Assembly: GCF_009914755.1 (NCBI RefSeq)
Contig: NC_060933.1
Length of the DNA: 64,000 nt
Source: the human T2T-CHM13v2.0 reference genome, Homo sapiens
Strand: one strand, 5' to 3'
The stretch's first letter is position 1, and each line of letters begins with the position of its first letter. The notes under the pieces were generated by a model. It did not search any database. It saw only the letters and a program-made list of their open reading frames with translations, and had not been told where the DNA came from. A program made the translations under genes and the position numbers. Positions 54,848 to 64,000 of this stretch are shown here, in pieces.

Positions 54848-57191
54848 AAAGCTAGATCAACCAGCTTAAGTTGTTACAAAACTAGAAAATCTGAATTAAG
54901 TAGAAATCATGAATTGAACATGTTTCAGAGGGAAGGAACTAAATCTAGCCTCAAATGAGAAGCTTATTTCCCAAAATATGAAAGCCTTTAAAAATTATGG
55001 CTAGCATTGTTTTTGTTTTTCTATCAGGACACCAAAATCAAGTCTACGGGTGTCTGATTTTCAGACTTCAAAGACTTTGGGGCATGCCTCAGCACCCAGC
55101 CTCATCCCTCCTCTTCTCCTCTTGGATTCAGTCCCTTCTCCTGAGTTGGGAGGTTGTCTGGACAGTGTCTTTGCTATCTGCGTTGCTCCTCTCCCCACCA
55201 CCCATGTGCATTTGCCCCTCTGTCCCTCAGTGCATTTCCCCCAGGATGCTCTGGCCAAACTGACCAGGTGTCTCCATCTCTGCCCCTTTTCTTTCCCCTG
55301 AATGCTGTCCAGTGTTTTCTGGAACCTGTGAACTTCCCGTGAATGATAAATACCAAGAGCTTCTCAAAATGAGACCCCATGTTCTAAACAGAACCTGCAG
55401 TCAGGATTCCAGGGAAGGTCAGCAGGTTCCCACCCCCAGAAGCACTTTGCCGTGTAAGACATTGTCTATGGAACATCAATGTCACTTAGGGCCTTGGAAA
55501 GACATTCAGGAAGGGAGTTACTACGCCTGAATTTCTGGAGATGTGTTTAGTAGGGAAGAATTCACTATAATCCATGAATGATTGATTGATTTCTAGAAAG
55601 GCTCACGCATGTTTCTTTTTGCCACTCAGGACTGGACCTCTGAATCAGTGCGGAATATGAATGAGAGCGGTCAGGGGAGAACTGGAGGATGCTGGTGGAG
55701 GCTGGAAGGCTTGCAGTCACCTGCCTGTGCTTATCTAAGTGATGAGAATGTAGGAGCAGCAGGACCTGGCCCATCACTACCCTATGTTTGTTACAGGAGA
55801 GAGGACCGTCCTCCCACAGGTCAGAGCTATTGTTAATCAAGGTGACAGTGCAAGATGCATTCCCACTCCTGACTTCTCGCTGTAAATAGGTTTCCTGAGT
55901 GGTGTTGGTTTATTTTCAATTTGGAAGCCAGTTCAATCAAATGTTTCACTAGATTCAAGTTTGATGAAAATACTAGCAAATCCCCCAACTAACGAGTCAC
56001 TATAAGTAACTCAAGGCATCAGTCCTGCTCCCCACATAAGGGAGTACTGGTCCTGAGGAAATGGGACCACATATATAGGGAACAAAAGTGATACAATGGG
56101 CCATGAGGGTGTGATGAGTATCCCAGTGATTGCTTTGGGTAAATTTTGCTGGCCACATCGGTTTCAGTTCCTCTACATAGACAAGGAAATGCTCCTCATG
56201 ACCGACAACAGCTCCTCCTGCACCGAGGCTGTCTAGTCATTAGAATGGTCTCTAGAAGACAATATCATCAGCAATCACTGCTAGCAAGGAGCTGGCTTCT
56301 GTGGTACTATGTTGTTGCTAATAGTTTTTGTTAGAGCAACTGCATTGTGGGAGACCTGATCCAGGGAAGGGAGAAACCAAAGCCTGTGCTCCCAAGGAGG
56401 TTATGGAAAATGAAGAAAAACACCAGCCCCTCTGCAGGAGGAAGCTGGAAATGGTTGGAAGGACCACCCATGGCTAGAGCCCCAGCACTTGGGTCATGAC
56501 TCACCCTGGGTAGGTCAAGTACAGGCCCCACTTCTTCAGGCCTTGGTTGTGGATCAGACCCTGGATTCTTCCCCTCCGGGTACAGCCCAGTTGCCATGAT
56601 GCTCCTTGAGTCAATGAGCTCTTTGGTCTGATCTTCTGCTCAAGCAAAGAAAGGGTCCGGCTTCAGTTCTCAGAGGCTGATAAGTACCAAGGTGGCAGAA
56701 TATGGGAGTATCCTGCAGGTGCTCCCAGCATCTGCCCTGGCTCAGGTGCCAGAGGCTTGCGATTTTCTAGCTCTTGACCTCACACCCTCGATTGTTTGTT
56801 TTCCAATTCCTTCCTGAATAACGGGGTGAACATGCCACCCCTCCTGGTGGCGAATGGGGTTCCTCAGAACTGGGAGGCCACAGTCCAGATTCTGAGGCTC
56901 TTCACTAAGCAAGTGCTGGAGAGCAAAGCCACTCACTCACAACTCTCTCTCTTTCTCTTTCAAATTTGGGGAAGGGGAGGCCATCTGAGCAGTTTCTCTC
57001 ACACTCCCCAGTAAGGAACTCATGAAGGACCAAGTGAGCTCTAAGCCCCCGGTAGAAACATTCAGCTGTTCCAATGAACTTCTTGTGATCCTGAAATCTG
57101 CAAAGTTAGAACCAAGGCAGACGTAGGTACTCCAGTTACCTAACACCACAGAAATATTGTTTTTATTTCATAAAATAATAAATTTAAATAC

Positions 57192-57935
<744 letters not shown>

Positions 57936-58011
57936 GATATCACAGTTAGATTGTATTCTACACATTGTGACTGGTTCTCCAGAGAAGCAATGCATAAAAA
58001 GAGGAATAATC

Positions 58012-58395
<384 letters not shown>

Positions 58396-59582
58396 CTATT
58401 ATTCAATGGATACAGTTTCAGTTTAGGAAGATAAACAAGCTCTGGGAATAAACAGTAGTAATGGTTACACAATGTGAAGGTACTTAATGCTACTGAACTC
58501 AAAGTTGGTTAAAATGGTACTTGCTATGTGAGGTATATTTTACCACTTAAAAAACTATAGGTGATTGTGCTTCTAAAAGAGTTATCAGTTTAATCTTCAA
58601 TAGAAATCAATGGACTTTGTTCATTTTTAACAAAGTCAAAATATGCATACGAAAAGGTTATGGGGTAAAGGCAGAGGTAATTATTTTTTTCCCCGAAAGG
58701 TATTTTCTACAATGAATGTTTTTATGTAATAAAAAATGAAATGACAAAAGTTTAGAATGTTTGTGGGTTTTGTTCCTTAAATCCTTAATTACATAAATTA
58801 ATATCTACATTATACAGATTAAGATACATATTTTTCCTCTATCTACAACATTTCTCCATTCTCTGTATCTTAAATCCTGACATTAAATGTCATTAAATTT
58901 CTTAAATCTCAAGAGAACGACTTGGTTACCAAGGAAGATATAATCCATAGCCTAGAGAGTGGGCGAATAAAAGCAGCTTCTAATGTTCTCAACTGCTTTT
59001 CTCCTGTCAACCAAATGTTTCTGTAAATAACTCATTTCTGTTGGTTTTGGGTAAGACGTGGGAGAAGGAAGAATCCCTGAATGGAGGAGTCTGGAAAGGA
59101 TGCTTGACAAAACGCCCGCGCTCTCTGGAGACGCAGCCAGTCTCCTCCCTCCTAGGGTCTGGTCTTGACGATAGCATCTCGTGTTTTGGGGATGCCTTTC
59201 CTTACCAGATTCTTCTAAAGCCCAGCTGCACCCACCCTTAAGTGGGAGATAAGGCTTCTGCCCGCGGGCTCTGCGTTCGTCCACCCGGCCCCACGTTTGC
59301 TGTGGACTAAACAGGAGCCACTGGACTAGAGTACACTTGACTCTCGGCTCTGCGGACCAAAAATTCCAGGACTAAGGAATAGCAAGGTTAGGCTGAAACA
59401 GTCCACACAGGGCTTGCGGTAAACGTCTTTTCAGGAGCCACTCGCCCAGTGCAGTAAGTCGTGTACTTAGTTGACTCGAGCGCTCCAGGGAGACGCCCGA
59501 CCCTACTCTGCGCCGCCCCGGGGCACCAGCTCTGCTTCCTCCAGGTCCACTGAGGCAGGCACGACCAGCTCTGGGACAGTCA

Positions 59583-59590
59583 GTAAACAA
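59583..59590 (+). promoter_or_regulatory. CTSL: FOXO consensus element GTAAACAA
   Basis: Exact DAF-16/FOXO element in an otherwise GC-rich promoter. Confidence 0.5.
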
Positions 59591-59648
59591 GCCACGAACC
59601 GCGCCAGGGATCAGAGCACCCAGAGTCCCCGCCCAGCTGCCGGCACAG

Positions 59649-59653
59649 CCAAT
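59649..59653 (+). promoter_or_regulatory. CTSL: CCAAT (NF-Y) box flanked by two Sp1/Sp3 GC boxes
   Basis: cagCCAATcgcag fits the NF-Y consensus, ~86 nt upstream of inferred TSS; matches the described NF-Y/Sp1/Sp3 control of human CTSL. Confidence 0.8.
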
Positions 59654-59734
59654 CGCAGCGCAGCCAGGCGGCGGGGCGGTGCCGGCCGAACCCAGACCCG
59701 AGGTTTTAGAAGCAGAGTCAGGCGAAGCTGGGCC

Positions 59735-60014
59735 AGAACCGCGACCTCCGCAACCTTGAGCGGCATCCGTGGAGTGCGCCTGCGCAGCTACGACCGCAGC
59801 AGGAAAGCGCCGCCGGCCAGGCCCAGCTGTGGCCGGACAGGGACTGGAAGAGAGGACGCGGTCGAGTAGGTGTGCACCAGCCCTGGCAACGAGAGCGTCT
59901 ACCCCGAACTCTGCTGGCCTTGAGGTGGGGAAGCCGGGGAGGGCAGTTGAGGACCCCGCGGAGGCGCGTGACTGGTTGAGCGGGCAGGCCAGCCTCCGAG
60001 CCGGGTGGACACAG
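59735..60014 (+). other. CTSL: CTSL non-coding exon 1 (start approximate; alternative donors after 59869, 59924, 59987, 60014)
   Basis: Donor ACAG|gtaccg at 60014/60015; start inferred from a recalled ~280-nt exon and CCAAT spacing; no ATG seen in the exon. Confidence 0.75.
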
Positions 60015-60366
60015 GTACCGCAGCCAGGCCGCGCCGCGCCGACTCAGGGCCTGGCCCGGCCAGACAGGGAAGCTCAGTCCCCGCACGCCAGACAGCGGTA
60101 CTCCTGCTGGCGTCACCGCAAACATCCTCTGACCGCTACAGCCAGTGTGTGGCGCAGGCGTCATGTCCCCGGCCCTGCCACGCCTGGAGCCCTGGAAGCT
60201 GGCTGCAGGGCGCTGGCTTCCCGCGTGCGGCCATATGACCCCGTCCCTGATTTAGGGGAGCAGTTTGGGGTGTCGGCAGCACAGGCCCAAGTGAATGAAG
60301 GAGGGAGCAGTGCGTGCTCTCCTTCCCAGTTTTTCCTGGGAAAGCATTTCAGAAAGGTTTCATTTA

Positions 60367-60723
<357 letters not shown>

Positions 60724-61223
60724 TCAGCTTTTGGTGTTTGTTAGTCAGGAAGATGTGTGAAGGCCTCCTAACTCTTGGGGATCTCTTTGTCCCTACTTGG
60801 GAATCCCACCTTATCATTAGTGAGGTTTTGCCTGGGCACGAAACCTGGATTTTTTGCGATTGGTACAAAACCTGGATCAACCGTTTCCCGGTTTCCTAGT
60901 TGTTGCCTTAAGCTTCTCACACACAAGGTAGTTTCATACCGTTCTCATAACCTAAATTGTCATCGCATAAACTGTTTCAGCTCCTACAGCTCTGGACAGG
61001 CTGCTTTTCATTTTGGTGAGTCCATCCAGTACCTCCACGTGCCCTGTTTTTCTCCAGGCACATCCTTGGCCTCTTCCACAGTCCTTGGGTAAATGCTTGG
61101 GAGAATAATTTAAATATTTTTATTCTACCATGGTGGCCCTAATTTTTCAGGGGGCAGTAAGATGGCTTTTTAGGATTGGTCTAATCAGATCCTCATTTTT
61201 GTTCCCTTCCTAGGTTTTAAAAC

Positions 61224-61349
61224 ATGAATCCTACACTCATCCTTGCTGCCTTTTGCCTGGGAATTGCCTCAGCTACTCTAACATTTGATCACAGTTTAGA
61301 GGCACAGTGGACCAAGTGGAAGGCGATGCACAACAGATTATACGGCATG
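61224..61349 (+). CDS. CTSL: CTSL exon 2 coding part (exon starts 61214): signal peptide and start of propeptide
   Basis: ttcctag|gttttaaaacATG; MNPTLILAAFCLGIASATLTFDHSLEAQWTKWKAMHNRLYGM|gttagt. Confidence 0.98.
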
Positions 61350-61646
61350 GTTAGTGAAACTTCCCCAGAAAGAATAGTCTTGGCTGTTGAGAAGTTTTAG
61401 TCAGAGAGTAGCTTCTAGAGGCCAGCTTTTACCAATAGCCTAATGTAATAACCTAATGGCGTGGATTATGAGCACAATGTGGACATTCATCCTTGTTGTG
61501 TCTCAGTTTGGAGAACAGCATCCCCAGAGGTGTCAAGCCTTCCCTTGCCATGGTTTCTCTTCCATCTCTGTCTGCAGATTCACTTGGTGAGGATGAGTTG
61601 GGTTTTAGGTAGAAGTAAAGAGCATCAGTTACATGTTTGCCTCTAG

Positions 61647-61769
61647 AATGAAGAAGGATGGAGGAGAGCAGTGTGGGAGAAGAACATGAAGATGATTGAA
61701 CTGCACAATCAGGAATACAGGGAAGGGAAACACAGCTTCACAATGGCCATGAACGCCTTTGGAGACATG
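61647..61769 (+). CDS. CTSL: CTSL exon 3: I29 propeptide with ERFNIN- and GNFD-type motifs
   Basis: ctctag|AAT GAA...ATG|gtaagt; [41 protein letters not shown]. Confidence 0.98.
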
Positions 61770-61869
61770 GTAAGTGTGCTGTGGACTGCCGAGCTCTGTG
61801 CTTCCTCTCTTCGGTTCTTTACTAAGGTAATCTCTTGCTTTTCAACATTTTATTTCCTTTTCCTTGAAG

Positions 61870-62016
61870 ACCAGTGAAGAATTCAGGCAGGTGATGAATG
61901 GCTTTCAAAACCGTAAGCCCAGGAAGGGGAAAGTGTTCCAGGAACCTCTGTTTTATGAGGCCCCCAGATCTGTGGATTGGAGAGAGAAAGGCTACGTGAC
62001 TCCTGTGAAGAATCAG
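61870..62016 (+). CDS. CTSL: CTSL exon 4: end of propeptide, start of mature enzyme ([11 protein letters not shown])
   Basis: ccttgaag|ACC AGT...CAG|gtgaga; [49 protein letters not shown]. Confidence 0.98.
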
Positions 62017-62204
62017 GTGAGACAGTGTCAGGTTCAGACCTCCCATCTTCCCAGGAAAGCCAAGAAGTGATTGACATCTTTGTTTTGGTAGACTTTAAAG
62101 TGATGTACAGTTCACTTTTTAACAGTATTCAGATGTGTGAGCTGTTGTCAAAGTCTTATTATTTTTTTTTTGTGGATGACAGCTTTTTTTAATTCCCTTT
62201 TCAG

Positions 62205-62429
62205 GGTCAGTGTGGTTCTTGTTGGGCTTTTAGTGCTACTGGTGCTCTTGAAGGACAGATGTTCCGGAAAACTGGGAGGCTTATCTCACTGAGTGAGCAG
62301 AATCTGGTAGACTGCTCTGGGCCTCAAGGCAATGAAGGCTGCAATGGTGGCCTAATGGATTATGCTTTCCAGTATGTTCAGGATAATGGAGGCCTGGACT
62401 CTGAGGAATCCTATCCATATGAGGCAACA
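62205..62429 (+). CDS. CTSL: CTSL exon 5: catalytic Cys (TGT 62220-62222) in [10 protein letters not shown]
   Basis: ttttcag|GGT CAG TGT...ACA|gtaagt; papain-family C1A active-site motif and GCNGG. Confidence 0.98.
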
Positions 62430-62522
62430 GTAAGTGGAGCTCCTTGTCATCATTCCAGCTCAGCTTTTGGAAGGTGGACACTTTCAGAGATAACAGATAC
62501 CTTTTTCGGAATTCATATATTA

Positions 62523-62799
62523 GGGCTGGGTGGGGTGGCTCACGCCTGTAATCCCAGCCCTTTAGGAGGCTGAGCCAGGCAGATGGCTTAAGCTCAGGAG
62601 TTTGAGACCAGCCTGGGCAACAAGGTGAAACCTTGACTCTATCAAAAATACAACGAAAATTAGCCGGCTGTGGTGGTGTGCGTCTGTGGTCCCAGCTATG
62701 CTGAGGTAGGGCGATTGCTTGAGTGTGGGAGGTGGTTGTGCAAATGCACTCTCCAGTCTGAGTGACAGAATGAGACCCTGTCTCCAAAAAAAAAAAAAA
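62523..62799 (+). mobile_element. Alu (J-type, partly deleted) in CTSL intron 5
   Basis: Alu consensus with gaps and A tail. Confidence 0.9.
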
Positions 62800-63192
62800 G
62801 TTCACATATTAGATGGCAGAATATATATCTGCAAATTGTCAGTACTGTCATTATAAATTATTAGCCTTTGCACAATCCTGTGATTAGATGGGTAACATAT
62901 AGCTGTTCTTGCTTCTATGTAACGTGAAGAATATACAAGCCATTCTAAATATACACATTTCTCTATTGTGAAAAATGTCTTATGGAAGTAAACCCAGAGG
63001 TCTCATTGAAGAGACTGGAGTCAATTTTCAGTTTCAGATTAACTAATAGCATTTCACTTCCTGGGATGATTTATAACAGTGGTGACTTGGAAATACTAAG
63101 CTGCACACTGCTGAGTGTTGTGGTTCTAACTCATGTTCTCCAGGAGGAGGACAGCAGTAATCAAGTCTTTTTTTTCCCTTTACCTTTGAAAG

Positions 63193-63355
63193 GAAGAATC
63201 CTGTAAGTACAATCCCAAGTATTCTGTTGCTAATGACACCGGCTTTGTGGACATCCCTAAGCAGGAGAAGGCCCTGATGAAGGCAGTTGCAACTGTGGGG
63301 CCCATTTCTGTTGCTATTGATGCAGGTCATGAGTCCTTCCTGTTCTATAAAGAAG
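63193..63355 (+). CDS. CTSL: CTSL exon 6 (163 nt); gene continues beyond the window
   Basis: tttgaaag|GAA GAA TCC...GAA G|gtaagc; [54 protein letters not shown], with N-glycosylation sequon NDT; window ends at acceptor ...ccatcccag. Confidence 0.98.
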
Positions 63356-64000
63356 GTAAGCATATTTTTCTTTGTAGAAATTGATGCAGAAAAAGAGTAT
63401 CATGACATACGAGCATGATAGACTCTGGTTTGCAAGTAAAGTTCAGTGTAGATATTTAGGTGCTTAGCATCATAGTTGTTCATTCTGTACATGCAATATT
63501 TATACCTGATGTTTCCATTTGACATTATGTTGCGTATATCTCCATGAATATAAGTACTTCATAACTTTTTATAAATAGCTATATTTACTGTGTAGTTTAA
63601 TATACTTAAAATATTCTGCAATTGTTGGATTTTTATAATTTTTCCAAAGATTTTTACTTCTATTATTAAATCCGAAAAGAGCCTTTTGATTCAAGGATTT
63701 TAGTGTTCTGTGCTATTTTTTTAGATTGATATCCTAGAGTAGAATTACAAGCTTACAAAGAGGGGTCTTTTTTTCCTCTAGGAAAGCTTTTTTTTAATGA
63801 AGGATTTATGCTGATTTCTATTTCTGCTAGTTGTAAATGAGAGCTTAAATCCCTGGCCTTCTTATTGTTGTTAAGTACTATCTGGAATGTGTGTCACTTC
63901 ACTGAATTCAGAGATGCCTCATTCCCTGTGGGTGACAGGATGGGTTACTGTCATGTGTCCTCTGGAGCTTCTCACCCCAGCCCTCATTTTACCATCCCAG

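Larger units (their letters stand above)
59250..60290. promoter_or_regulatory. CTSL: CpG island / TATA-less promoter of CTSL
   Basis: Abrupt rise in GC and CpG; GC boxes at 59627-59634 and 59673-59679, CCAAT at 59649-59653, no TATA box. Confidence 0.92.

Overview
Human genomic DNA, recognisable as the DAPK1-CTSL locus (9q21.33), with both genes on the + strand. The window holds the last eight coding exons of DAPK1 (conventional exons 19-26: last ankyrin repeat, ROC/COR, death domain, Ser-rich tail) and its 3' UTR (polyA signal 42217). A ~17 kb repeat-rich intergenic region follows, then the TATA-less CpG-island promoter, non-coding exon 1 and coding exons 2-6 of cathepsin L; the window ends on the acceptor AG of CTSL exon 7. 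All coding exon boundaries were read as AG/GT and are phase-consistent. Much of the rest is transposon-derived: ~20 Alus, an ~8 kb antisense L1 with a second L1 nested in it, MaLR LTRs, MIR/L2 and MER DNA elements. I found no convincing new biological system. The best signals are isoform features the ORF track misses: a splice donor overlapping the DAPK1 stop codon (+10 aa beta tail), a 42-codon read-through tail after exon 20 (s-DAPK-1), and four staggered CTSL exon-1 donors. There are also two apparently functional SNP alleles, inverted Alu pairs bracketing DAPK1 exons, and an orphan terminal-exon-like segment at ~50.3-50.7 kb. Literature links and repeat subfamily names are from memory and need database confirmation; repeat boundaries are approximate.
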